From NCBI GenBank assembly GCA_049968235.1, contig JBMFRC010000008.1, positions 32,001 through 96,000 of the forward strand: a stretch of 64,000 nucleotides of DNA, written 5' to 3'. The number at the start of each line of letters is the position of its first letter. Within the stretch, counting starts at the first letter, position 1. The notes under the pieces are model-generated. The model did no database searches and had not been told where the DNA came from. It saw nothing but the letters and a program-made list of their open reading frames with translations. Source of the DNA: Candidatus Hydrogenedens sp. Its GTDB lineage: Bacteria; Hydrogenedentota; Hydrogenedentia; Hydrogenedentales; Hydrogenedentaceae. Shown in pieces: positions 19,122-29,296 of the stretch. The translations under genes and the position numbers were made by a program.

Positions 19122-21044
19122 TTAATCCGTTTTCTTCTTTCTTGCCTTTATGGGTTCATAACGAACTCGAGACCCACTACGGCGATATACCGCCGAATAC
19201 ATAGACGGACAAACCCGCAGACATTGACCACAATGTATACATTTTCCCTGGTCAATTACATGGGCCTCTTTCCTTTTACCGGATATCGCTTCTACCGGAC
19301 ATGCCCTGGCACACATGGTACAACCCGTACAACGCTCCGCATCAATGTGATAAGAGATAAGAGAACTACAAACAAAAGCACGGCACTCCTTCGCTTTAAT
19401 ATGCTCTTCATATTCATGTCGGAAATAACGCAGTGTAGATAATACGGGATTGGGTGCGGTCTGTCCTAATCCACATAAGGAGCCTTGTTTAATCGTTTGA
19501 GCCAGTGTTTCCAAACGAATAATATCCGTTAAATCCCCTTTACCAGCACAAATGCGTTCAAGAATACCTAACATAGCACGTGTACCAACACGACAGGGGG
19601 TACATTTACCGCAGGATTCCGCCTGAGTAAATGATAGGAAATAACGGGCAATATCCACCATACAGTTGTCTTCATCTAAAACAATCATTCCGCCCGAACC
19701 CATGATACTACCTGCTTTTGTCAGGGATTCATAATCAACGGGCAGGTCTAACATTTCTGACGGAATACATCCTCCGGATGGACCTCCGGTCTGGACTGCT
19801 TTCACTTCTTTATCATTTAAAATACCTCCACCAACATCAAATATTACTTTTCGCAGAGGTATGCCCAAAGGGATTTCAACCAATCCTGTTCGTTTAATTT
19901 TTCCTGCTAGAGCAAAGGTCTTTGTCCCCTTGCTGTTTTCATTTCCATACTGCACATACCAATCTGCACCTCGATGGAGAATTAAAGGCAGATTTGCTAA
20001 AGTTTCGACATTCTGAATAATTGTGGGCTTACCCCATAATCCGCTAATAGCCGGAAAAGGGGGACGGGGACGGGGCATACCCCGGTTCCCTTCAATAGAT
20101 GCAATCAGAGCGGTTTCTTCTCCACAGACAAAAGCTCCTGCCCCTTTCTTAACCGTAATGTCAAAAGAAAAACCACTCCCCAATATATTTTCCCCTAATA
20201 AACCATGTTCATACATCTGCTGAATGGCAATTTCTAATCGCCGTATAGCTAGAGGATATTCCGCACGACAATACACATATCCATGCCGAGCACCGATAGT
20301 ATATCCTGCTATCAACATTCCTTCCAATACCGAATGCGGGTCTCCTTCCAGGACCGAACGATTCATAAATGCACCGGGGTCCCCTTCATCCGCATTACAA
20401 ATAAGATACTTCCCTTCGGCGGATGTTTCTCGGGCAAAAGACCATTTCTTCCATGTGGGGAATCCCGCACCTCCACGACCTCGCAAACCTGATTTTTTTA
20501 CTTCCTCCAACACTGCATCTGCACCAATATTTAACGCCTTTAAAAAACCACGATAACCATTCTGGGCTAAATAATGGTAGAAATTTTCAGGGTCAATCAA
20601 TCCGCAATTGCGAAGTATATTGCGGACTTGATGCGACAACATCGGATGCCTTGTAATCGGAGGCAATCCTCGAAACTCATCCATACTCATTACTCCAATG
20701 AGTTTTTCTTCCCATACCCCTTCTTCTAAAAAAATCCGATTTACAAATTCCTCGACATTTTCAGGCTTTATAGGACCATAACATATAGGAATCCCTCCCG
20801 GAGGTTGAACCATAATAATAGGTTCTAACACACAGGGACCCATACAGCCCACTTCAATAAACATTGCATATTTTTTATTTTGTATCAAAAGTTTTTTAAT
20901 AATCTCTTCGGTTTCAAGGGCACCTGCGGCTCGACCACAGGTTGCTGAACCTACATAGACCACAGGAATCGTATTACTTTCTATCTTTCCCCATTCTTCC
21001 TGTGCTCGTTCATATAAAATCTCCATAGTATCATTTGCTATCAT
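19122..21044 (-). CDS. NuoF/HoxF-like NAD(H)-binding FMN Fe-S subunit with N-terminal thioredoxin-like and C-terminal 2x[4Fe-4S] ferredoxin domains
   Basis: 640 aa. FMN-site motif GRGGAGFPTWKKW. Cluster ESCGKCTPCRVG. C-terminal CTGCTMCARACP and CIHCGQCLRVCP. Confidence 0.85.
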   Translation of the reverse strand: MIANDTMEILYERAQEEWGKIESNTIPVVYVGSATCGRAAGALETEEIIKKLLIQNKKYAMFIEVGCMGPCVLEPIIMVQPPGGIPICYGPIKPENVEEFVNRIFLEEGVWEEKLIGVMSMDEFRGLPPITRHPMLSHQVRNILRNCGLIDPENFYHYLAQNGYRGFLKALNIGADAVLEEVKKSGLRGRGGAGFPTWKKWSFARETSAEGKYLICNADEGDPGAFMNRSVLEGDPHSVLEGMLIAGYTIGARHGYVYCRAEYPLAIRRLEIAIQQMYEHGLLGENILGSGFSFDITVKKGAGAFVCGEETALIASIEGNRGMPRPRPPFPAISGLWGKPTIIQNVETLANLPLILHRGADWYVQYGNENSKGTKTFALAGKIKRTGLVEIPLGIPLRKVIFDVGGGILNDKEVKAVQTGGPSGGCIPSEMLDLPVDYESLTKAGSIMGSGGMIVLDEDNCMVDIARYFLSFTQAESCGKCTPCRVGTRAMLGILERICAGKGDLTDIIRLETLAQTIKQGSLCGLGQTAPNPVLSTLRYFRHEYEEHIKAKECRAFVCSSLISYHIDAERCTGCTMCARACPVEAISGKRKEAHVIDQGKCIHCGQCLRVCPSMYSAVYRRSGSRVRYEPIKARKKKTD

Positions 21045-21595
21045 TGCTCAACACCTGCTTTATTATCTTCTTTTTGACGATATTCTTTAATTACTTCACG
21101 AACTTTTTCCTGTGTCATCTGGGCATAAACCTTGCCATTAACTGCCATCACAGGTGCTAACGCACAACAACCGACACATGCAACCCGTTCTAATGTAAAC
21201 AAACCATCTGCTGTAGTATGTCCCGGTTCTATATTTAATTCCTCACGCAACGCTTCTAACACCACAGAAGAACCACGAACATGGCATGCCGTACCCTGAC
21301 ATATCTGAATAACATATTTACCCGGCGGTGTAAATTTGAACTGGGTATAAAACGATGCTACTCCATAGATTTCCGAAGCAGATACTCCTAAATATTCGGA
21401 CATTGCATCAACCGCAGGAGATGAAATATAACCATAATGCTCTTGTACCTCCTGAAGCAATGGAATAATACTACTACGCCGGGCAGGGTATTTTTGAAAT
21501 AATTGTTGCAAACCAAAAACCAATTCATTCTTTGATGAACTCAACGATAAATTCCTTCTCGTTGTATAGCGAAAGGCATAACTAAATTGAAGCAA
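21041..21595 (-). CDS. NuoE/HoxE-like 2Fe-2S thioredoxin-fold subunit
   Basis: 184 aa. Motifs CQGTACHVRG and CVGCCALAPVMAVNG. 4-nt overlap with the NuoF-like gene. Confidence 0.8.
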   Translation of the reverse strand: MLQFSYAFRYTTRRNLSLSSSKNELVFGLQQLFQKYPARRSSIIPLLQEVQEHYGYISSPAVDAMSEYLGVSASEIYGVASFYTQFKFTPPGKYVIQICQGTACHVRGSSVVLEALREELNIEPGHTTADGLFTLERVACVGCCALAPVMAVNGKVYAQMTQEKVREVIKEYRQKEDNKAGVEQ

Positions 21596-21688
21596 AAACG
21601 GAGCAAAGAATTATACCATGACCAAAATAAAAAAGTAAAACGATCTACTTTTACTGTTCTATTCGTAGGAGAAATAATATATATTTAT

Positions 21689-21744
21689 AATGGAATAAGA
21701 GAAAAAACTATGAGAGAATGGAATAAGAGAAAAAACTATGAGAG
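21689..21744. repeat. perfect 28-bp tandem direct repeat x2 (AATGGAATAAGAGAAAAAACTATGAGAG)
   Basis: Read directly: copies at 21689–21716 and 21717–21744. Located in the intergenic region upstream of the NuoE-like operon. Confidence 0.85.
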
Positions 21745-21780
21745 TTCTTTGTAAGAAAAAGAAAATTATTAGAATTTAGG

Positions 21781-22452
21781 CTATACCTCTGGTATATCCG
21801 GAGGATTCTGGGGTGGAAGTTCTTGTTTGAGAAAAAAAGGTAATAGGAATATACCTACCAAAAATCCACCGATATGTGCCCACCAGGCGACACCTGCAAC
21901 ATCTTCGGAACTTGCCATAACAACCAGTCCATTGAGAAGTTGTAAGATGAACCAGATACCTCCAAACAGGAATGCAGGAATTTCTACAAAATAGGGATAA
22001 ATGATAATCGGGATAATGCATAAAATTTGTGCTCCGGGATACAACACCAGATAGGCTCCGAGGATTCCCGATATAGCACCAGAAGCACCTACACAAGGCA
22101 CTTCTGAACTTGTTTGAGTTATAGCGTGAATTGTCCCCGCAAAAATACCACAAAGAATGTAGAAAAGTAAAAAACGAAGATGTCCTAAACGGTCTTCAAT
22201 ATTATCTCCAAAAATCCACAAAGCCCACATATTTGAAATAAGATGTAATAAACCACCATGGAGAAACTGATGTGTAATAAGGGAAATTAATTGAATATGG
22301 GCAGGAACAATACCGAAAATCCGAAAAATCAATTCTACTCGCTTTTCTGGCAAATCAAAATATTGAAAAAATATTATGGTATTAAAGATTATTATCAACA
22401 CAACAACAACGGGAAATCCTCGTCGTGGATTGACATCTCTCAATGGGAACAT
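21781..22452 (-). CDS. rhomboid family intramembrane serine protease
   Basis: 223 aa, multi-TM. Catalytic GASGAISG (GxSG) and AHIGGFLVG histidine motifs. Confidence 0.85.
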   Translation of the reverse strand: MFPLRDVNPRRGFPVVVVLIIIFNTIIFFQYFDLPEKRVELIFRIFGIVPAHIQLISLITHQFLHGGLLHLISNMWALWIFGDNIEDRLGHLRFLLFYILCGIFAGTIHAITQTSSEVPCVGASGAISGILGAYLVLYPGAQILCIIPIIIYPYFVEIPAFLFGGIWFILQLLNGLVVMASSEDVAGVAWWAHIGGFLVGIFLLPFFLKQELPPQNPPDIPEV

Positions 22453-22478
22453 AGATTATCCTATCTTTATACTTTGAT

Positions 22479-23612
22479 TCACTGTTTTTCTTCCCTTTGA
22501 TGACTATATCTTTCAACCTCTCCCACAACCTCTTTTAAGTTGGGGGCTTCTTTCTTGTCCATTACCAATACAACATTATGGGCTACTGCTATAACGATAT
22601 TCTCTACACCTGCGGATACTATGGTAATGGGAAGAGAATCATCGTTATAGAGGATAGAATTGGTTGTCCGTAATGAGATGGCACTTCCATAAATTACATT
22701 GCCATGTCTATCTTTATGCATAACTCTTTCTAAAGAAGTCCATGACCCCAAATCATCCCAGTGAAAATTCCCTTTTACCATCACAATATTTTTAGATCTC
22801 TCCATCAGTGCGTAGTCAATAGAGATATTAGGCAAACTCTGAAAGATAGTATTTACTTTATTCATATCATTTCGTTGTAGTTCCTGAGACATTTGCATAA
22901 TGGCGTCCCAATGAACAAAACTGGCTTCTTTTATTTCTTCTAAAAAGGTTTGCACTTTCCAGAAGAACATACCACTGTTCCAGAAATAGTTACCTGCATT
23001 GAGATATTCATTTGCAGATTGTTCGTTGGGTTTTTCATGGAATTTTTTCACTCCATATATTGGCACATCTCTATCATTGCTTAACATATCCCCTACTTCA
23101 ATATACCCAAAACCTGTTTCAGGTCTTGTGGGGGGAATACCAATAATGCCCAGTGTTTTCTTCTCGGCTACATAATCCATTATGCACGAAACTGTCCGGA
23201 CAAAGGTATCAATAGGTTCTATCAACTGGTCTGCAGTAAGCACTGCCATTACAATATCCTTTGCAGAATCTCCGTATCCTGCAAGAAGAAGAGCTATAAT
23301 ATAAGACAAACAGCCTGCCGTGTTCTTGCGATAGGGTTCTGCGATTATTTGTCCTTCCGATAATAAATGTAACGAAGTAAAAATAGATTTAAGTTCTCCA
23401 GATGTTGCCAGCCAGATGTTTTCCTGCGGAACTATGGGAAGAATTCGTTCTATAGCATCTTTTAGTAGAATATTATTACTTCCTAACTGTAAGAGTTGCT
23501 TTGGATGCTCTGGTGTAGATAAGGGCCAGAATCGTTCACCAATTCCTCCTGCCATAATTACTGCCCATTTTTGATATGTTGTAGGAGTATTGGGTTGATT
23601 GTTTGTATCCAT
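22479..23612 (-). CDS. mannose-1-phosphate guanylyltransferase (nucleotidyltransferase domain only)
   Basis: 377 aa. N-terminal AVIMAGGIGERFWPLS sugar-nucleotidyltransferase motif. No cupin/PMI domain. Confidence 0.65.
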   Translation of the reverse strand: MDTNNQPNTPTTYQKWAVIMAGGIGERFWPLSTPEHPKQLLQLGSNNILLKDAIERILPIVPQENIWLATSGELKSIFTSLHLLSEGQIIAEPYRKNTAGCLSYIIALLLAGYGDSAKDIVMAVLTADQLIEPIDTFVRTVSCIMDYVAEKKTLGIIGIPPTRPETGFGYIEVGDMLSNDRDVPIYGVKKFHEKPNEQSANEYLNAGNYFWNSGMFFWKVQTFLEEIKEASFVHWDAIMQMSQELQRNDMNKVNTIFQSLPNISIDYALMERSKNIVMVKGNFHWDDLGSWTSLERVMHKDRHGNVIYGSAISLRTTNSILYNDDSLPITIVSAGVENIVIAVAHNVVLVMDKKEAPNLKEVVGEVERYSHQREEKQ

Positions 23613-23680
23613 AAATTTATTCCTTTATCTATATTCAAGAGTTATTATAACAGATAGGAATATCTATATCTGGACAACTA

Positions 23681-25534
23681 TTAACTATCAAAATAAGAAG
23701 ACAATGCTTCCGCTATTGTTTGTGCCATTTTTTGACGCCATTCAGGATCTGCCACATTTTGCAAATCTGAAGGGTTTGCCAGATTAGCACATTCGATTAA
23801 AACTCTAGTAGGAACATTTGTGTTTCTGAGAACAGCGGGGACATAAACGTTATATTTTGTTTTACGAATTACATTCCGGATAGCGGAACCGTTGGAATGA
23901 ACTTTAATTTTGTTTTTTTGTGCGGTTTTAATCAATGTCTGTGCAAAAATTCTTGAACGGGCTTCTATATTAATTCGCTCTGATGTTGTATATATCCTGG
24001 ATTGATGCTCCCGCCATTCTTTATAAATGGAATAATCAATTTTGTTCCCAAATTTAGGAAGTTTTTCAATTCCCTTATAATAATTTGCTCCAGGAATATA
24101 TACCATTAAACCCCGTATAGAAGACTTATATATAGCATCGCAGTGTATAGAAATAAAAATTATCTTTTCGCGAGAGATTTTTGTCTTTTCTTCCTTTCGC
24201 ACAATACTGTTTGCTAACAACCAGCGTAAATGCGTAGAGCACACGGAATCTTGAGGATTATGTGGAGGGGTTACCAGAACATATTCATCTTTATCATTTA
24301 TAAATCTCTTATTCGTAGAGGGTGTATAATTCTGGCTTTCATCCCGGATGGTCATATAAACACGGGCTTGCGTTTTTTGTTCAAGATATTCTTTCAATCG
24401 ACAGGCAATATCGTAGTTAACCTCATCTTCATAAATTTTTTCTACTTCTCTCGGAGCCCCATGGTCTTTACCTCCATGTCCCGGGTCAATAATAACAACT
24501 ACCCCTTTGAGAGCATTTGTAGTTTCGGCAGTTTTCTTTGTCCTTTTAATTTGTTCTACTTCCTTCTTCACTTCATCTGCAACACGACGTTCCTCTTTTC
24601 CAGTGGGAAGATATATATCACTAAGCATATCTAACGGAATCTTAATACTTGTACCGGGTTTAACCATGCGTTCATTTCTAATATTGTTCCATTTCTTTAC
24701 AATTTCACAAGCTCTTAATATATCAGCATGTTCCGTATAATCTGTATATCGAACAATAACAGAATATATCGTTTCACCTGCCTGTAATTTGTAAGTAGCA
24801 TACTCTCCTAAGGAATCCTTTCCATATTGAAGTTCTTTGGCAAGAACCGTTCCATTAGCCGATGCTTTGGGGTCTCCCCAATCTTCATCTATTGCATCTA
24901 TCGGTTCCAGAAGATTTTCTCCCGTTTCTTCAACCTTTGTAATCTTTTTTGATAATCGCTCTTTTAACTCGGGTCTGAAAATAGATGAAGAAAAAAATAT
25001 TTTACCCCCTTCAGATAAAGGTAATTTTCTCCTTGCATTTCTTGGGTGCTTCATTACATCTGCTTTTTGTGCAGAATCGCCGGAAAGTGCTATTATCCAC
25101 AAATTGAGAGCATTTTCATCCAGCCGATATCCCTGTGGGACCGTATGCCACCAACCCTCCGCGGTTAAATTGTCTTGATTAAACAATAATTCGAAAATCG
25201 AGTAGTATAATGAAGTGCGGACTTTATTTAATGGAATAGCAACGGAACGAAGATTCGAATATTTTTGTGCTTCCGTAGGTTCTGATAATATAGAACTCAA
25301 TGTCTGTGAGAGGGATTTGCCGGATGATGTAGAACATTCAAGAAAAATCTGATAAGAAGGTCTACACACTACTGTAATACCTGGTTGTAATTCTGCCCGT
25401 ATTATACCTGTTTGTCCATGAACAGAAGATGTAAATACAAACAGAATACAACTTATTGTTGCAAAAATAGCAACTAAATTATTAAATCGTATCCTGACTT
25501 CTAACAAAACCAATCCTAACAAGTTATCGTTCAT
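23681..25534 (-). CDS. N-acetylmuramoyl-L-alanine amidase (Amidase_3, AmiC-like) with LysM domain
   Basis: C-terminal VVIIDPGHGGKDHGA zinc-amidase block. Central LysM-like segment (GETIYSVIV...IKIP). N-terminal hydrophobic signal/anchor. Confidence 0.8.
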   Translation of the reverse strand: MNDNLLGLVLLEVRIRFNNLVAIFATISCILFVFTSSVHGQTGIIRAELQPGITVVCRPSYQIFLECSTSSGKSLSQTLSSILSEPTEAQKYSNLRSVAIPLNKVRTSLYYSIFELLFNQDNLTAEGWWHTVPQGYRLDENALNLWIIALSGDSAQKADVMKHPRNARRKLPLSEGGKIFFSSSIFRPELKERLSKKITKVEETGENLLEPIDAIDEDWGDPKASANGTVLAKELQYGKDSLGEYATYKLQAGETIYSVIVRYTDYTEHADILRACEIVKKWNNIRNERMVKPGTSIKIPLDMLSDIYLPTGKEERRVADEVKKEVEQIKRTKKTAETTNALKGVVVIIDPGHGGKDHGAPREVEKIYEDEVNYDIACRLKEYLEQKTQARVYMTIRDESQNYTPSTNKRFINDKDEYVLVTPPHNPQDSVCSTHLRWLLANSIVRKEEKTKISREKIIFISIHCDAIYKSSIRGLMVYIPGANYYKGIEKLPKFGNKIDYSIYKEWREHQSRIYTTSERINIEARSRIFAQTLIKTAQKNKIKVHSNGSAIRNVIRKTKYNVYVPAVLRNTNVPTRVLIECANLANPSDLQNVADPEWRQKMAQTIAEALSSYFDS

Positions 25535-25834
25535 TCATTTTTTTGTTAAAGATAATACACAACATTAACCTCAGTATTCACATCAGAATAGAGGAATAAT
25601 TGAACTAAAAAAACCGTAAGTACTTCCAATAATAAGATGGGTAAAAAATGGAACAAATGCGATAAAAAGGATAACGCATATATAACGGTTGTTAACGCCA
25701 TGCTTTTGTATTACTGGCATTTTCACCTATATATCTTTGAACCTGCATAAGGACATGAGTTACCGAAAATGAAAAAAATATTTAACCACTGAAATTACAG
25801 AGAATTTGCAGAACTAATATTTAAAAAGTAAGGG

Positions 25835-27025
25835 CTAAAAAGAAGGGAGTTGTTTCCTTTGAATACGATAATGGTAAAGGCGGAAAGATAGCCATGCTGT
25901 CGTAAAATAAAGAAAATTTAATATCCATAGTGTAAACCATTCCCAGCGAACTTCGTAAAGGGAAGCACCCATCTGATTCATGCGAACAAAACCTGCGGAA
26001 CCACTTGTACTTGGGAATAAAAGAGAAACAATTCTCAACCATTGAGGCAATATCTCTAAGGGCCATGCAAAGCCAATCAGTAATACTGCAGGCATAGAAG
26101 TAAAAATTAAGGCAGGTATGGAAATCTCCCTGCTCACAAATAATGTGCAGAGGGAAAAGCCTAAGAAAATAATAGAAGAAACATACGGAATCAGAAAAAT
26201 CATAAGTTCTAAAGGTCTGCCTAATTGTGGTAGATTATAAACTCGATAGACAACCGAAATATAAAATAAGGGGAAAAAGATATACATACTAAAATAAGCA
26301 AAGCCTCGTGCCAGGATAAGGCAAAAAAAGATGGGTTTGTTTGTCTTTTCTGATACAGGCAAAGGTTCATATTGTTCTTGCCTTGTTCCAGTTAATATAC
26401 CGATACCAATAAGTAATGTCTGTTGCAATATCAATATAAGCACTCCCGGCACCACATAAGTAGCATATCCTCCTGCAGGATTGAACAGAGCGCGAACATC
26501 CGTATTTAAAATGTTCCATTTTATTTTTGCATAAGGCTCGGTTAATCCTTCCGCTGTCATTCGACGGATTTCTACCCCTGCAGACATTGTAGCTGTGGCT
26601 TTATATACCCCCGTGAAAACCTGCCGATAGATAAGAAAGTAAGAAGCATCTGCAAATAGTTGCACTACTGACCTCTGACGCGTTAATATTTTCCTCTCAA
26701 AATCTTCCGGGATAACAACAATGGCATTGGCTTTGCCAGAAATAACAATATTTTTGGCTTCTTCGAAGTCATAAACGCGGTAAATAAGGTTTACTTCCTC
26801 TGTAGCATCTATCCACCGTAAAAGTTTTCTACTGAGCGAAGTATTATCCTTATCTACTGCTACAACATTTATTTCTTTTAGTACTTCTCGTGAATAGGGT
26901 AAAGGATAAACCATTGTATAGACCGCTAACCCTGCGATTATAATTAATAAAATACCCGGGTCACTAAAAATTGCAATGTATTCTTCTTTTAATATTTGCC
27001 AGAAGTATTTCATATCTTTCCCCAA
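25835..27025 (-). CDS. ABC-2 type transporter permease
   Basis: 396 aa. One N-terminal TM, a large extracytoplasmic loop, then a 5–6 TM bundle, as in YhhJ/YbhR-type ABC-2 permeases. Overlaps its paralog upstream. Confidence 0.7.
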   Translation of the reverse strand: MGKDMKYFWQILKEEYIAIFSDPGILLIIIAGLAVYTMVYPLPYSREVLKEINVVAVDKDNTSLSRKLLRWIDATEEVNLIYRVYDFEEAKNIVISGKANAIVVIPEDFERKILTRQRSVVQLFADASYFLIYRQVFTGVYKATATMSAGVEIRRMTAEGLTEPYAKIKWNILNTDVRALFNPAGGYATYVVPGVLILILQQTLLIGIGILTGTRQEQYEPLPVSEKTNKPIFFCLILARGFAYFSMYIFFPLFYISVVYRVYNLPQLGRPLELMIFLIPYVSSIIFLGFSLCTLFVSREISIPALIFTSMPAVLLIGFAWPLEILPQWLRIVSLLFPSTSGSAGFVRMNQMGASLYEVRWEWFTLWILNFLYFTTAWLSFRLYHYRIQRKQLPSF

Positions 27026-28182
27026 TATTCCGGATATTTAGCGAATCGTTCCCACTTCGGAGCAAAAAGTATAAAAGGAAAAAAGAAAAAGGCAAACAGG
27101 ATAAGCATATTCGGAACAGAAACCCATGTGGGCACACCGCGAATTGCCTGTTCTAAAATTATTCTTAAGTAATGAGTAATAGGTAGAGAATAACTCCATG
27201 CTTTTGCAAACAAAGGCATTCCAATCACAGGATAGGTTATCCCCGCAAAGGCAAATGCAGGACCCGCATAAAATCCACCAAGACTGTTTGCCATTCTCAA
27301 GTTGGATGTCAAAGACACAAAGGCAAAACCAATACTCTGATATGCAAGAACAAATAAGATACTTGCAACAATGACAAAACTTAGATTTCCTTCAAAAGGG
27401 ACATTGGCTCCATAGACTAATAAAGTAAGCATAAAAAGAGTTAAGGTTGTAAAACCTATAGTATAGGGGAGTGATTTACCAATAATGGCAATCCAGTAAT
27501 TCCCTCCCGCTTTTTCCATAAATTCTTTAACTGTTCCATGTTTCAATTCCGAACCGAATGTGCGTATCATAACCATAATAATAAATGCCTGCATCATTGT
27601 AGGTAACAGTGCAGGCAACAAAAAAAGTCGGTAATTTAAATTTGGATTATATAGCGGTTGGGAATCCAAGATAATAGGAGTAGCATATTGAGGAATACTT
27701 TTTACTGGATCTCCTCGTTGGGAACGAAATAAAAATTCTTCCTGATAGGTAATTTTCCCGACAACCTCACGCAAAGAACGACTAATAAGGCTACTGGTGA
27801 GCATCCATTGATTGTTGTAGTATGCAACAACAGCCTCATCTTTATCCGATTTCAATTTTTGCTCCAAGTTATCAGGGATATAAAGTAAAGCGTATGCCCT
27901 ACCCTCTCGAAGATATTGGGCACCTTCATTAAAATTAGGTGTAATAAAACCAACGCTAAGCGAAGGGGACGCTTCTGTATAACGGATAATTCGCCGGGCT
28001 AAATCGGAGTTATCTCTGTTACAAATAACCACAGGTAAATCGCGAGGTATTTCCTGATAAAAGATCGAATACATAATCAAAAAACTAATAATGGGTAATA
28101 CAAAAGTAAATAGATAATAGAAAGGGCTATGAGCGATGATATGAAGTTCCCTTCTCAAAACTCGCATCAGAGAAGTGGTCAT
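27010..28182 (-). CDS. ABC-2 type transporter permease (paralog)
   Basis: 390 aa, same architecture as the neighbouring permease. Start overlaps the hlyD stop by 4 nt. Confidence 0.7.
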   Translation of the reverse strand: MTTSLMRVLRRELHIIAHSPFYYLFTFVLPIISFLIMYSIFYQEIPRDLPVVICNRDNSDLARRIIRYTEASPSLSVGFITPNFNEGAQYLREGRAYALLYIPDNLEQKLKSDKDEAVVAYYNNQWMLTSSLISRSLREVVGKITYQEEFLFRSQRGDPVKSIPQYATPIILDSQPLYNPNLNYRLFLLPALLPTMMQAFIIMVMIRTFGSELKHGTVKEFMEKAGGNYWIAIIGKSLPYTIGFTTLTLFMLTLLVYGANVPFEGNLSFVIVASILFVLAYQSIGFAFVSLTSNLRMANSLGGFYAGPAFAFAGITYPVIGMPLFAKAWSYSLPITHYLRIILEQAIRGVPTWVSVPNMLILFAFFFFPFILFAPKWERFAKYPEYWGKI

Positions 28183-29249
28183 TTAACAATTCCCTTTCTG
28201 GAAACAAATCTTCTTATCATGTCATCAATTTTCTTGCGAATATAAATTACCCAATCGGCTTCTTTATCCGGTCTCTCCCATGGAACAACGACACTCATTC
28301 CGGGACGAAGTCCATCTATCTTTACAAGGGGTCTGGCTCGCACTTCAAAGGTTCGCAAATCAAATCCCCCCGAAGCACTGGTTGCTCGCCATGTAGCAAA
28401 CTCACCTAAGGGAGATATGTAATAAATCTCCATTCCGATAGGATGCCGATTTAATGCGGGAATCATTCCTCCAATTTGCTGGCCGATATGCAATCCATTC
28501 ATCTGGTCTTCGCGAATATTAAAGGTAACCCATAACTTATTGAGATTTAACATAGTTACTATGGGCATACCCGCAGAAGCAATTTCACCGGGGTAAACAA
28601 TATGCTCCACTATTTCTCCATCAATAGGTGCTGTAACATGAACCTCATCTATTAATGATTCCACTTCCTGCACCGCACCGGAGGCTTGTTGAACCAACGC
28701 TTCTGCCGCTTTTTTATCTTCTTCCCGCGTGCCATTTACAGCCATATCATACTGGGCTTTGGCCGTTGCTTCCAGACGACATGCCATCTTGTATTGTGCC
28801 TCTACTTCATCTCGCTTTTGGGCAGGAACAACTCCTTCTTCAAATAATTTTTGTATCCGCTGAAAACTTTTTTCTGCCAGTTCTTTTCCTGCCTGTGCCT
28901 GAAGCCATTGATTGTAAGCCATACGGATTTGTTCTTCGCGGGCTCCTTTTTCTGCCTTCTCAAATTGTGCCTGCGCCGCCTTCTGGGCACTTTCCGCCTG
29001 CTTCTTCTTCGCCTCCAATTGAGGACGGTCTAAAATTGCAATCGTATCCCCTTTCTTAACTCGCTGTCCTTCTTCTGCAATAATCTCAAGTACGCGTCCT
29101 GGAACCTTTGCGGAAACATTTATCTTGTCGACTTCAACTTCTCCCTGAAGGTAAAAAGGTTGCGGCTGGATAAAGATATAGGAAAGAAAAGAAATCGCAA
29201 AAAGGCTTATCATAAAAATAAAAAAAGCCACTAATCTCGGATGACGCAT
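28179..29249 (-). CDS. HlyD-family membrane fusion / periplasmic adaptor protein
   Basis: N-terminal TM anchor, long coiled-coil (AQ/EK-rich), C-terminal beta-barrel domain. Confidence 0.8.
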   Translation of the reverse strand: MRHPRLVAFFIFMISLFAISFLSYIFIQPQPFYLQGEVEVDKINVSAKVPGRVLEIIAEEGQRVKKGDTIAILDRPQLEAKKKQAESAQKAAQAQFEKAEKGAREEQIRMAYNQWLQAQAGKELAEKSFQRIQKLFEEGVVPAQKRDEVEAQYKMACRLEATAKAQYDMAVNGTREEDKKAAEALVQQASGAVQEVESLIDEVHVTAPIDGEIVEHIVYPGEIASAGMPIVTMLNLNKLWVTFNIREDQMNGLHIGQQIGGMIPALNRHPIGMEIYYISPLGEFATWRATSASGGFDLRTFEVRARPLVKIDGLRPGMSVVVPWERPDKEADWVIYIRKKIDDMIRRFVSRKGIVK

Positions 29250-29296
29250 TTTTATATCCCTTCTGGGTATAATTTAACCATAATGTAATTGCTGTC

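Noticed and set aside
19097-19122. Possibility that the NuoG-like ORF is an [FeFe]-hydrogenase large subunit
   Set aside because: The H-cluster signature motifs (TSCCP, MPCxxKxxE, ExMACxxGCxxG) are absent. The domain after the ferredoxin clusters looks like a truncated molybdopterin-oxidoreductase segment instead.
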